From positions 37,944,001 through 38,008,000 of the forward strand of contig NC_086110.1 of assembly GCF_963921235.1 (NCBI RefSeq): DNA of 64,000 nucleotides, in the 5' to 3' direction. The stretch comes from Mobula hypostoma. Lineage: Eukaryota. Under the pieces are notes generated by a model, which saw only the letters and a program-made list of their open reading frames with translations, was not told the origin of the DNA and made no database searches. Numbering within the stretch: position 1 is the stretch's first letter; every line of letters begins with the position of its first letter. Made by a program: the position numbers and the translations under genes. Shown here piece after piece: positions 51,294-64,000 of this stretch.

Positions 51294-51629
51294 CCCAGTA
51301 CCAGTTACTGCTGCTCTGAACCAGCCCCAGTACTAGTTAGTGCCACTTGGCCTGACCAGTACTGGTTACTGCCACTCTCAGCCAGCCCCAGTAAGTGCCA
51401 CTCACAATCTGTCCTAGTACTAGTTAGTACCACTCTCGGCCTGACCAGTACTAGTTAGTGCCACTTACAGCCTACCCCAGTACTAGTTAGTGGCACTCTC
51501 GGCCTGACCAGTACTAGTTAGTGCCACTCTCGGCCTGACCAGTACTAGTTAGTGCCACTCACAGCCTACCCCAGTACTAGTTAGTGCCACTCTCGGCCTG
51601 ACCAGTACTAGTTAGTGCCACTCGGCCTG
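51294..51629. repeat. ~31-bp tandem array CCAGTACTAGTTAGTGCCACTCTCGGCCTGA (~11 units)
   Basis: Units at ~51327, 51356, 51414, 51445, 51477, 51508, 51539, 51571, 51602, with two tail variants (TCTCGGCCTGA and T(C/T)ACAGCCTACC). Confidence 0.92.
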
Positions 51630-51963
51630 CCCCTCCCCCGGCCACGTGCTGCCCACTTCCCCTCCCGCCGCTTGTTTTGGTGCGTGTGCTCCCGGCATTC
51701 ACCGGGCGAGGAACATGGCGCGGAGCTGGAGGTGCTGCTGAGTCCCAGGGATTCCTCGTCAGAGCTGGGCTGGAGCCTGTGGGATAATAATGCGAGTGTG
51801 AAATGTTTTCTGCTGCTAGTTTGTGGATGAAAACGCCTGCTCTCTCTATGTGTGCGAGAAGTGAGGAGCTCCGCGGCCACAGTTTTCACATACATAAACA
51901 TTTTTTTAGGACTCCCTGTTGTTGAGTGTCTGTGCATCAGCCGCTCGGCCCGGCCTGAAGGAG
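51630..51963 (+). promoter_or_regulatory. URI1 CpG-island promoter / 5' leader
   Basis: CpG-rich; E-box CACGTG ~51643-51648; YY1/Kozak-like AACATGGCG at ~51712 and GAGATGGCGG at the start codon. Confidence 0.7.
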
Positions 51964-54900
51964 ATGGCGGACTCGCAGCCCTGTTCCGCCGTCAAGCTGC
52001 CCCCCTCGCAGCCACTTTCACGACTCAGAGAAGAGCACGCCAAGGTAAAGGCCTTTAAATAGAGCCTAAGGCAGCAGGTTTGGAGAGCAAGGCGACGGAG
52101 CAGTTGGAGTGGCGGCCTCGGTCAGAAGGGGGCGGGGGCCCTGGAGCCTGGCTTGTGTTTAAAGGGGCCGCCTGCATAAATCCCAGGTTTTGCTGCAGAC
52201 GGTGAATTGGCACCTCTGGCTACGGTACTTTTATTTGTACCTGTTTAGCCTTTTTTATGGTTGGTTAGAAATGTCGATCGATGTCGCTTGACATTTTATT
52301 AAAGCTTACGCTTCTCTCTCCCTCTAAACGACACAGAAATTTAATAGATCCCAGTTGAAACTGTAACTAGAAGGTACCAACTCAATCGACACATTCTATT
52401 TTACTTTCAGTTTATTTCCTTTTATTTTGTTTCATCGGCCGAGATTACGAGGAACGTGACCACTTTCAATCATTAAACTGCCGATGAGCATGGAAAACTA
52501 ATTGAAAGAATCATATTAGCGTTTAACTGTGTACGTGGATAGTTTTAATGACGTTTGAGCGTTTTAGTTGTTGTATATTTTAGGGATTTTTCGTTTCTTT
52601 AACTTTTTTTTCCTGTCCACTTTACTTTGCAAATATTTTGTTTGTTTAAAACCACTGCTCGGCATTTTATTGAGGGGCTCCAGTACTTTAGTGATACTCG
52701 TAACGAACCTTGCTGGCAGCCAGATAGAACAGCGCCTTCTGCAGGGCTACGGCGACCTACGACTCCAAGCGGTAAAATTTAACCGTGTATTCTCTTAACC
52801 AACCAGAATAAAGCATCACGGCATCGGAACCAGGAAATATCAAGTTCATGTAGTTAGTTCAAGGCGGAGTCGGGAATAGAGGGGGAAGGATATATAGGCC
52901 TGGTTTTGCTTTCAGTGATAAAGAGCAAGCACCGAAACAAAAGTGTCCAACAAGATCGGTGACTTCTTTTACCGGTATGGATCTCAGCAAGTGGTCTCAC
53001 CAGTAAATTATATTGAAGCAAAGACAAACAAATGTAGATGCTAAAGATTTGGATTAAAATAGGGAATGCTGGCATTTCAGGTGAAGAGAACCATATAACA
53101 CCTCAATCCTATTAGTGGTGCCTTGATTTAAAATATTTTTAAAGAACTTCTGCAGGGGAATAACCCTGATAAAGATGAAATTTGCAACAGCTAGAAATTT
53201 TTAAAAACATCCCATTTGTGGAGATTTTAACATCACCCTGTTATTAATGACAGCTTCTGACTACTCATTCTTGTAGAAAACATGTTTTTGTTTCACAGAA
53301 GTTCAACAGAACCAATGTAATAATTTTGGTTATCCTAGACACTAATGTTATAGGTGTTTCTGTGCTGCCTATGCAGCAGAGCTTGGTCTGTCATCATCTT
53401 GTTCCCAGTAAAATTAGGATAGGTACCTAACGTGCATAGCCATCCCACGTTAAAAGAAATAATGCACAAGTATCTTCAGGTCCTCAGTAAGCCATCCCTA
53501 ACTGTAAGGGATTGCGTTTATCAAAGAAGCTGACAGTTCCATATGTAATGATGAATGCTGATAATTTCATTATAATTGCAATACAAATTTCAGGTCCTTT
53601 GTGATAAGTGGGAAGTCAATACAAAAGAAATGGAAGATTGGAACTGCCACCAATCTTTAAAGTAGTTAATACAAGTGAAACTTAGTTTTACTTTGGCACT
53701 GAAAACTATCTCATAGAAACATTGAAAATTTATAATGCAAGATTATTCAGTCTGTCGTGTCAGTACCGGTTGAACAAGAATACTTCAGCCTAAATCCAAG
53801 TCATAGCTCTTCAATCATAGATCAAATACTTCAAGGGGTTTGTGCACCTAACATTTTTTCAGATGGCCAGTTCCAGAATCCCGCCACATGCTGAATGGGA
53901 AAAAGTCTTTCTTTGTCACCCCTTTAAACGTTAAACCTTTATCCTTTTTGATGGCCCCTCTAGTAAAGGAAGTATATTTTTCTTATTTGTTCCCTTCTGG
54001 GCCTGTCATAATTTTATTCATCTCATTTAAATAATCTCTGTTCCAAAGAAATTTTCCCATATTTTTCATAGCTATGTTTTCCAGTCTGACATTTCCTGCA
54101 TTCCCTCCCTATTCTTGTCATGGAATGACCAGGACTGTATTCAGCTGTGGCTGAACTAGTGTTGTGTTGAATTCTGCCATAACCACCCAGCTGCTTTATG
54201 ATGCAATTGGCTGATAAAAGATAGCATCACAATAGCTTTCCAAATACATTATCTCACAGTTTTCTGGATTAAATGTACCATTTCACTGTCCAACTTTCTG
54301 AACCATCTCTACTTGGAGTTTAAAGCCAATTTTTGTATTCTTACAAAAATTTTAAATTATAGTCCAAGTCATTGATATACTTCATTAAAAATAAATTATT
54401 CTGTACTGACTCCTGTGGAGGTCTGCGGTATCAGTCAATGAGCCATAGAAACAATTATTAATCATTGTGTGGCATATATCCATCCACGTGGAGGTCCGCT
54501 GGTGATAAATGCCCAGCTACAGGAACACCCATCAGTAAGTAACTGCCACTGGATCAATGTTGGATCCAATATGCCACTCTCCTTTAGATCCCATAGATTT
54601 TTCCAGTTTGACCAACCTGCCATGTGGAAACTTGGTACAAGCCTTGGCAAAAATCCATGTAATTAACCATGATTAAACTTTGACTTTTTAAATAATGGTT
54701 TATACAGAGAAAGTTGAAACAAATTGGTCTGTAATAACTGTGTTTAATCTACTTCCTTTATAGATGTGTATGTTAGCAGACCTCAGTCCCTTGACACTGT
54801 TTGGTAGGCAAAAAGGACTAAAGGATTGTCAGCTTCTGCAATTTCCAGCTTTGTTTTAACATCCTGGGATATTTTCAACTAGGCCTGTTGATTTGCCCAT

Positions 54901-57900
54901 TAAAATGTTCAACTTAATATAACTGCTCTTAATGTTTGTTCCATTCAATATTCCATAATTATCTGCCTTAGCTATAAAAATGTATCTTTTCTCATATTTT
55001 TGAGGAGGTTTGCAAAAAAATTTGTTTCGAACCTTGCTCATGTCATCCACCTTCATGCTTTTCAATACATTTGAATGGGGAGTTAGATTGCAAAATGGAG
55101 TTTTTGGGCAGCTTGCAGCAGGTTGTTGCATTTAATTTTCTGGCAATTAACTGTGCCTGTACAGTCAGTGCAAGTTGCCATTTGATTTTCACATGCTTTA
55201 AGGAGAGCTTTATTGGTCTTACTGTTACTAACATTGGGAAATTTAGACCATAGAGCCATAGGTTCCAAAGTTTTCCTTGAGGTAATTTTCTAACAACCTG
55301 ACTGAAAGTGGAGTTAAGGGAATGTAATAGAAATCAAAATTGGTGCCTTACTTAATTATAAGATGGTGACTACAACATATTATGTTCTAGGGCCCATATC
55401 TCAGAAAAGAAAAAAAAGCATGAATTTTGTATAACCTTAATGCTTTGTGACTATTGTTGAATGCTGTGATAGAGCTTAGAGAAATAGAAAACTGATTTTT
55501 AAGGGATTGCTGATGTGTATCTAAGGGAGTTAATGTGCAATGTTAACAACTGAAACAATTATAGTAATGAGTGACAATAAGTTTATTAATGTTTGTGAGT
55601 AGGTTAATTTTAAATTGTTAGAAAAATGTCATTTTATGGTTTAAAAATAAAAGCAACTGAATTGTAATTCACTTGCATAAATAAGGTAGTCCCACTCTGT
55701 CAATTCTGTTCCCAGAAGACTGTAACACAACACATACAAAATGCTGGAGGAACTCAACAGGTCAGGTAGCATTTATGGAAAGGAATAAACAGTCAATATT
55801 TCTGGCTGAGACTGACTGTAACACATGCTATATTGTATCCAGTTTAACAGGTTAACTATGTAAAAGTAAAACTGTGGTCAAATTTGCAGGGTCTGGAAAT
55901 CTGAAACAAAAATAATAGAAGTACTGGAAGCAGTGAGTAAGCAGGTTAGCTGATTCACACTTTGGGTCAAGGATACTTCATCTTCAGGGAAAAATTGAAA
56001 GACAACCTTGATTTGCGTTGCAGAGAGGGGAGGGATGGAGAGAATGTGATAGAGTGCAGACTAAATTTGTTGTGTGTTTTCTTCACCCTTCTCTCTCTGT
56101 GGCTTAAAATACACCCGTCTTCTCACTTACCAATTCTGTGATGTGAGGATCTTCACGTGAAAAATACATCTTGTACTGCCTGCCTTGTTGAGTTGCTCCA
56201 TTTAAGTTTAGAATATTCTGCATTCAAACTTGATAGGTTATCAAAGTTATCAATTTATTGTGGCATGCAAATAACACAGTTAACAGTTGTTTACTTCCCT
56301 TTGTTGTATAGCTAAACTCTACTAGGATTGTGTATCTTGTTTATAATGACACAAGTTAAATTTAGCATCTGATTTTAAGAAGGCCTTTTGCTCTTCATGG
56401 CTTACTGTGGAATATCTTGTTATTCACTTGTATATTAATTATGTATGGACTTAGTACTGAACATTTAATTATTTCAATCTGACAATTTCATGTAACTACA
56501 GCAATATGCATCAGTATGAGTAAGTTACTTGTATATGTTTATCTGTGCAGTATCTTGGAATTATTTAAGTGATATTAAGCTTCAAAATATTGATTTGAGC
56601 AAAAAAAACACACCTACGGTTTGGCAAATGTTTTAACTGTATTACAAGTAACATCTGATGAAGCTGTTGGTGTTGAAGTTAAATTTATTTTGTGAAGGTT
56701 ATCTCAATGAATATTTAAAGAAATGCCTGAGTTTTGGTTTATCATTATTTAAAATGCAGATTTGATTTATTTACAGTCAAAAACTAAGTACATAGTATAG
56801 AAGACAGCTGGATTTGATCTGGTGTTCGTGACATGTATACCTAGAAGTTGTATATTTATTTAATAGTAGCGTAGGTAAAATTACAATATAACTGACTAAT
56901 GATCACCAATACATTATTTTAGCTAAATGAACAGGGCATTATATCAGACATCTCCATAATTTGTATTGATATACATAAGCTGTATGCTGGAGTGAGGCTG
57001 AAACCCATTCAGAAATGAGAATGCTGCAAGCTGCGCCAAGACAGTTGCATTGAGCTGAAGTAATGCCATATTCCTAAAGAGCTTGGTGAGCTTAATTGAT
57101 AAGTAATGGACACATGCAGAACACAGAAGTCGCTGTGTTACTCCTTGATCTGTTTCTACAAGTGTGTTGTTAGAATTGCTTCATTTTTTTTGTCACATGG
57201 GCAATTTTGGAATAATAGGCAGACATGCACACCCCTCGTAATTCAGTAATCTGAAAGTACATCAAATGACTTTCAAGATGTATATTGTACACATTTCTCC
57301 AACAGTAAATGTACCAATTGAAACCTTTTGAAAAGAATGATAACTGAGGTATGGTGCTGGGATTCATCAGCATCTACTGAACTAGCCTTTAGGGTCAAGA
57401 TACATTAAATCCATAAGGTATTTAAATAAATAAACTTAAATATTAACTGCAATAGGTAAAGTAATTTTACCTGGTTTGGCATATCCAGGAGTTGACGGAT
57501 TGACTTGGTGTTCAGATTTTCTTGTCATTGCCAGGGTTTGGTTTTGCATATTTCTTCTTCCGAATGAAAATTTGGTGCTAGAATTTTCTAAGAATTATTG
57601 TTTTTTTGACTTTATAAATGTACCATATGATCAGAGCTGGCTATTAATGTGTAAATAAAGTCAGAAAAGCTAAATCAAAAGATTTTTCCTAATTTACATT
57701 GTATAGTAAGCTGTCACTGATTGTAGCAAAATTCCCTTACAAACATTGACATTCCAATTTCAAAGTATATTCTGAAGGTAGTATTGAACATGATAAATAA
57801 TAGTTGACTTGCTAGTAGTTTTACATGTACTGTATACTGCTTTATACTGCCTTCATTTAAATTTCTGTAGTGGTTTCTAACAACAAGAAAATATATTATT

Positions 57901-60900
57901 AAACAATATTTCAAATATTCTTCACTGATTGTGCTTAGAGGCAGAAGATAGAATACCTAATAATCAGAAATGGGAAGGAAATTCATATTTATGCCAGTAA
58001 TACAATGCTGCAATAACCAAATGTCAGAGATAAGCAGAAAGTGAGTGAGAAAATAGTTGCAATTAACTTGTGAATTATTAGAAGTGCTGATAAATTGCAT
58101 ACTTCCTCCCTCCATTCTTCTGACAACAAATGATAATGTTTTATCTCAGATTCCATTATAATTGAAATAATAACAGTATATATATCCCATCTTTCACAAT
58201 CTCATAATTATCCCCCCAGCTATTTCATAGGATAATTATGATTTTTGAGATATCACAGTCCTTGTTACCTGCACAGGATGGGGACACAGGTATGAAAGAA
58301 AATGCAGATGACAGGTCTCTCCTATGTAACTGATAAACTCCCAAATAAAGGTAAAAATTATCCTCTAAGTGCTAATGCTTATAATAAACATGCTAAAACA
58401 ATTAAATTGTATTTTAGTTGCATTATCAATTGGAACAGCACCTTAGATGTAACATGTCTTTTGTTGTTCTGTGATGCCAAACACCTTAACTGTAAAGGAC
58501 TTGGTGGGTTTAGAGTAGATTGTAAATTACAGGGGAGGGGTTAATAGTTCCTTCTAGATTAAGGGTTTAAATCTGAAACATCAACTGTTCATTTCCATCC
58601 TTAGATGCTGCTGACCCATTGAATTCCTCCAACATTTTTATGTTCCACATTCCAGCTACTGCAGTCTCTAACTCTAAAATGTCTAGTTGTTCTAATGCAT
58701 AGCTCATTCATTCACCTATTGTGTGCCTCTATCTCAGCCAACTGGCATATTTCACATCTCTTCAAACCTCTCTGCATCTTGCCTGTATAAATAGTGGTCA
58801 GTTTCCAGACTACATTTGTCAAGTGTCTGTCTGCAGTCTTGGTTTACACTTTTGCAGCTTGTGATTTCAAAACCCACATCACTGCAGGTGGTTATCAATA
58901 TATCCATGAGAAATAGATTGAGAGCAAGACAGACTTAATAAGTTTATAGACCCAGAGTTTGTGGATAGCAAATCCATAAATAACAAAGCTGTGTGTAATG
59001 CTTAACTTTTGACTGTTTTCCTTTTCCAGACTACGACTTGTATTGAGTTATTTTGAACTGACGATGGAAAACTGAGTTGACTAATTCTCAGACACACCTT
59101 AGCAGCATTGTGCTTCTACAAATGCATACATATAAAGACTGTGTTAAATAGATTTGCATAGTTCTTGTGTTAACTAGGCATTGTGTTTCTGCAAAGGGAT
59201 TCGGAGTAATGACTGTATTAGAAACATAGAAAACTTACAGCACTTCGGCCCACAAAGTTCTGCCGAACATGTCTCTACCTTAGAAATTTTTAGGCTTACC
59301 TATAGCCCTCTATTTCTCTAAGCTCCATGTACCTATCCAAAAGTCTCTTAAAAGACCCTATCGTATCCACCTCCACCACCGTTGCCAGCAGCCCATTCCA
59401 CTCACTCACCCCTTTCTGCGTAAAAAAAAAACTTACCCCTGACATCTCCTCTGTACCTACTCCCCAGCACCTTAAACCTGTGCCGTCTTGTGGCAACCAT
59501 TTCAGCTCTGGGAAAAAGCCACAAGATCAAAGCCTCTCATCATCTTAAACACCTCTATCAGGTCACCTCTCATCCTCTGTCGCTCCAAGGAGAAACGGCT
59601 GAGTTCACTCAACCTGTTTTCATACGGCAATCTCCCCAATCCAGGCAACATCCTTGTAAATCCCTTTCTATGGCTTCCACATCCTTTCTGTAGTGAGGCG
59701 ACCAGAACTGAGCACAGTACTCCAAGTGTGGTCTGACCAGGGTCCTATATAGCTGCAACAAAGTAGACTGGTGGCCAGAAAAGAGTGAATCTTGACAGAT
59801 GAGGGAAAAATAATAGCATAGTAGGGTGAGGAGGAAGGTGGGAGATTTCTTGGTGTAAGTGTATACTTCTATATAACTCAGGTTTATAGCTAGAAGTTAA
59901 TTATAGTCTTCCCTTGAGAAGCTGGAGGTAAGATTAGTACACTTGTGTGTTAATAGCGTGTATCATTTTTCTCCCTCCTAAGGTTGTTCTTGTAGTCCCA
60001 CAGATGCCTGTGCCCTGTTCAGAGCAATTTTCAGGGCTGTATTCAAGTAGCGAATGTTCACACAAGTCCAGACAGTGATGTAGGCTGTTTAATCACAGAA
60101 GGCATTGAAGCTGAACCAATCCTGTCATAACTTGATATCTATATATGCAGTAAGTTTCTTAGACATTGATTAAAACTGCAGTTAATTTTTATTTTACCAA
60201 AGTTTGAGGCCACTTACAGCTTTATTCCTTTGGCTAGTTCATTTACATTATAACAAAATCAGCAATTGGTTAAGATATTATTCAGTGGAATATTTTAGAA
60301 AAATCATAAATATGGTTTATATCTAGTTGATATGCTTTATAACCAGCACATCCTATATCATTTGAAGAAGGATCTAATTAACGGATGAGAAAGCTTTTTG
60401 ATGGTGGTCTGAAATCTTCTGGTTGAAGGACTTAATATGGAGGTGATGGTTATCAAATAATTTGAAGCATATACAGCTTTTGTTTGGCTCTGTTATAGGA
60501 GGATCTGCTGCTGCTTTCCCCTGACATGTATCTCAGTCTGAAATTCTTGGTTCATACACAACCTTTTTGGTTTGATTTTTTTTCTCTAGAAGTTGATATT
60601 CTTTCATTTCTTTCTGTACAGGATGTATGATTAATATAAATTGTTCGAAGTGGCACTTGTGCAAACCTATTATGACTTGTATAGAATTCCTTTTGCTAAT
60701 ACATGTAGGTACTTTTTAAAAATATGTATGTCAAAATATATTTCTAATCTATTCTTTTGTCAGATATGCACACTGGGTATCACCGTGCTTATGCTAACAC
60801 CTAGTTGGTATTTTCTTTCTCTATCTGGATTTCTTATCAAATGCACAATCAACAAAAATGTAGGCTTTCAATTATCAAGGGGTGAATCGATTTATAAATT

Positions 60901-61342
60901 GTGTAGTTTTAATATGTCCTAAACACCAGGTTGAGCTTATTATGCCAATCAACAATAATGTGATTGTTGTCTGAAATCTCATTTAAATGAAGTGGTGTCA
61001 ACAGTTGTATGTGAATTGTAAGGATTAACCGTTTGTAAAATGAAGGGGAAATGGAGAAAAGGCATTGTTTCAATACAAAATTGCAGTGCCTCAGTAAAAT
61101 GGAGACATTTCTGTACCAGTTTTGCTGAGGTTTGCTAAATCAATGAAATTAAGGATTTCAGCAGAATAATTTACATTTTTTAAGATTACCTTAAAATAAT
61201 CTTAAATTATATTAATTTTTAAGTTATTTTCTTTTGTGTTTACTGTATGAGCAGTTTCAGAATTCTTAATTTTGCTTTTCATGAGCAGTTGTCTATTTTA
61301 ATAACAGGTAGTCTCAAACTGCAAGGAAAAAATCGAGCACTG
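51964..61342 (+). CDS. URI1: Unconventional prefoldin RPB5 interactor 1, exons 1-2 (gene continues beyond the window)
   Basis: Exon 1 51964-52044 MADSQPCSAVKLPPSQPLSRLREEHAK|GTAAAG, with an in-frame stop upstream at 51907. Exon 2 61308-61342 (ACAG|VVSNCKEKIEHW|GTAAGT, 35 nt). Matches the URI1 N-terminus RLREEQEK-VVTNCQERIQHW and the known CCNE1-URI1 gene order. Confidence 0.9.
53710..54665 (-). mobile_element. Old CR1 fragment in URI1 intron 1
   Basis: Degenerate CR1 landmarks (GGCCAGTTCCAGAATCCCGCCAC, CAAGCCTTGGCAAAAATCCATGTA). Confidence 0.5.
59215..59760 (-). mobile_element. CR1 LINE 3' fragment
   Basis: ORF 59296-59496 FFFTQKGVSEWNGLLATVVE..GSFKRLLDRYM; similar to 22565-23040. Confidence 0.85.
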
Positions 61343-62534
61343 GTAAGTCCAAACATTCCTTGGTGTTTTTGCTGATGATTTTGTTTGCAGGTACAAATAA
61401 ATGATATGATTTTCTCAGTAAACTGCTTTTTTTGAGTAAAAGTAAAATGGAAATGATTGCGTACTCTTTGTAGATCAAGTTGTGTACATTGCTGTTTCCT
61501 CACATTTAATGACAATAATCTCCTCTTTGCTTTACAGTAAATAGATACCAGTAAATAAATTGTATAAGTCAAAATTAGTATGAATAATAACGCACCTCAG
61601 TTTCTTGTCATACTTAATGTCATATGCTTTGCAAATTGCATACAAGTTTCAAATCAATTAGCCAAGAACATTGAGTACTGATTTTGAATGCTCTATAGGT
61701 ATTAGAAATAAACATACACAATTAAAAAACACTTATTTGCTACATTAACTTATTCATCTTGATATTGAAAGCAGAAATGTATGTTTTTTTCTGATAAAAC
61801 TTCTGAGATCTTTAATTGGTCTTTCTAATAACAAGCTGTTTTAATGGATTTTACATTGTATTCTACATCTAAGCCGTCTAAGTAGGGAATGAGGACTTTA
61901 CAATATCTTACTAAATATTTTTAAAAAATAAACTAAAGGACTGAAAACAGAACATGGTAATGATTGGCATTAATAAAAGTGAGTATAGCCACTCTGCTCA
62001 ACAAATGAGACCAAAAATCTGAAAAGACACCTTGCTTGACTGATATTTACAAACTAACTGTTTATGAGTCACTGATATCATTTCCCTGGTCCGCTTCATT
62101 TATAATAACTTAATATATTGTTTTTGATAGAACTTCACCTGCATAATACTAACACTTCAAAAAAAAAACCAGGTTCTTGGAAAGATGCATTATAGTACTG
62201 GTCTACTTAATGGCTACTTTGCCAGTATTCAAAGATCTAATGAGGTGATTAACACATTTATAGAACAATATTACATCTAAGGAGTTGTGAGTCATCCAAA
62301 TCTGGATACATTACTCTTGGTCCATTTATAAGAGTATCACTTTTAAATAGCTGATGCTACTACCTTGATTCTTGTGATGTCCTTTGTAAGTATTACCATT
62401 TTCTGTGATTATTTCTCTAACCATGCTGATGTATTAGTCAAACCTTGCCTTTTATGTGAGACTTCTATAAAATATTTAAAATTTTTTTTATCCAATTATC
62501 ACTCCTCAAAATAAACTTACTTTTCAAATCCTTC

Positions 62535-62660
62535 ACAAACAAAGTAAAATCTGCAGTTGCTGGAAATCCAAGCAACATACTCAAAATGCTGGAGGAACTC
62601 AGCAGGCCAGGCAGCATCTATAGAAAAAAAAATACAGTTGACGTTTTGGGCCAAAATCCT
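62535..62660 (-). mobile_element. Solo Penelope terminus
   Basis: AAATGCTGGAGGAACTCAGCAGGCCAGGCAGCATCTAT...CAGTTGACGTTTTGGGCC; related copies at ~12240, 50620, 55725 and 58560. Confidence 0.65.
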
Positions 62661-64000
62661 TCTACCCTTTTATGAAATCATATCGTTTCTGCAAAATAGT
62701 GATCTTCTGGATGGTTTCTTACTTGTCATCTTTCAAGAAATTCTGGCATTCTCCTGATGTCTGCATATGCATATTAGTACCTTCTAGACCACTGAAGCTG
62801 TTCCAGAACTTAGGGAATTTTGAATCATTGCAATAAACACATCCATTCTCAGTGCAACCGTCTCTTTCAGAACACTAGTCCAAAGGATTGGACCATTATT
62901 TTGTACTTAATTTTATCAATAATTAAGTCTCTCGCTCTCCCTCTCGTGTACTCACACACCTTGGTTCCTCACAACTTCTGCTATGATTGGCATCTTTTAC
63001 TGAGAAGATGGATTATTAATTTCTCCTATCTGTCTATAAAGGTCACATGATTGCATTTTCTATTTGTGTATTAGAAGTTCCTATAAATTTCTTGCTAACT
63101 TTCAAATCTATTTTCTCCCTCCATCAGTTATTTGTTAGTGTTTTGTATTTGTCAGTCTTGCTTCTGGCAATATTACAAGACTTCTAATGTCCTATCATTG
63201 TAGCTTTAGTTAGCCATAGATTAATTATTTTCCCAAGTACCTAAAGACAGTAATTCATGAATTAGTATCTTTGTCTCCCACAACACTCCTCTACCCACAA
63301 GCACAAAGCCGATCAGGTTAGCACTATGCATTTTGCTCAGGTAGTTATGCATGGATATTTGTTATTTTGTACATACAGATAATCACAACTATTCTCATTT
63401 GGTCCTACGTGCCTCAATCTGCAGATGATGTTCATTCCTGTTTTATAAGATGTCCTTTCTTGTTCATTCCCATATTACTGGAATTTATATTTAATACTCT
63501 TTACATTTCAATTGTGAGGCAACATTTTTTAATTCAAGCACTGGACAGGCAAGGTGTCCTTTGAGAGATTCCTGGCTCTATTTGCTGTGGGAGAGTGTCT
63601 GTACTCTTTGTATTAATGCCAACCATTACGGCATTCTTTTTCAGTCTTTTATTTATTTTTTTAAATATTTAGTAAGATATTGGAGAAATCCTCATTCCCT
63701 ACTTAGAGGGCTTAGTTGTAGAAGTCTCACCAAGTAACTTTTTTGGAGCCCCTTTGTGGGTTTTGGAAGGTCATTTTGGCTGAATCATTTGGAAGATCAT
63801 TTAGATTGAGTGTACATTTCAGTGTAGTTGGAGAGTACTACAATTATAAGGTCGCATTTTAAACTCCATCATTAAACCTAGGTATTCTACTAGCTTGCGT
63901 TAGCAGAAATAAGCAATTAGTAAAAGTAGTATTATAAAGCAGCCTGATACAAAGTTATTTCCCAATGTCCTGGGCAACACTTATCCGTCAACAATGTAAT

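Noticed and set aside
51294-51629. CRISPR-like appearance (constant 20-nt core plus variable segment)
   Set aside because: The variable segments are ~11 nt and recur as two variants; eukaryotic context with no cas genes. It is a VNTR.
51608-51937. 109-aa antisense ORF over the URI1 leader
   Set aside because: The paralogous copy has indels and an in-frame stop; no recognisable homology; typical of GC-rich sequence.

Overview
Vertebrate genomic DNA. The repeat landscape (CR1, Rex/Babar, Penelope-like elements with GIY-YIG, V-type SINEs, Tc1) suggests a cartilaginous fish, probably a ray; this is inferred, not shown. I assembled three spliced protein-coding genes by hand from GT-AG boundaries. 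(1) A 6-exon, 268-aa BtpA/SgcQ-family TIM-barrel gene on the minus strand (29282->11072). (2) Head-to-head with it across a ~650-bp CpG island, a complete cyclin E1 gene (CCNE1; 11 coding exons, 408 aa, 29930-39973). (3) The first two coding exons of URI1 (51964-52044, 61308-61342). The most unusual structure lies between CCNE1 and URI1: an inverted, diverged duplicate of the URI1 promoter/5' leader/exon 1 (about 45345-45793, minus strand). It keeps the leader, ATG and splice donor but is frameshifted. It sits back-to-back with the real URI1 promoter, with a ~4-kb C-rich/G-rich 29-bp minisatellite and a 31-bp tandem array in between, each array abutting one promoter copy. Other points: this cyclin E1 appears to lack the N-terminal Fbw7 degron; its 3'UTR has two miR-15/16 seed sites split by a poly(A) signal; and Penelope termini carry minimal hammerhead ribozymes, one with an intact core in the sense orientation of the BtpA-gene intron. 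The very long ORFs at 45.5-50 kb are artefacts of the minisatellite.
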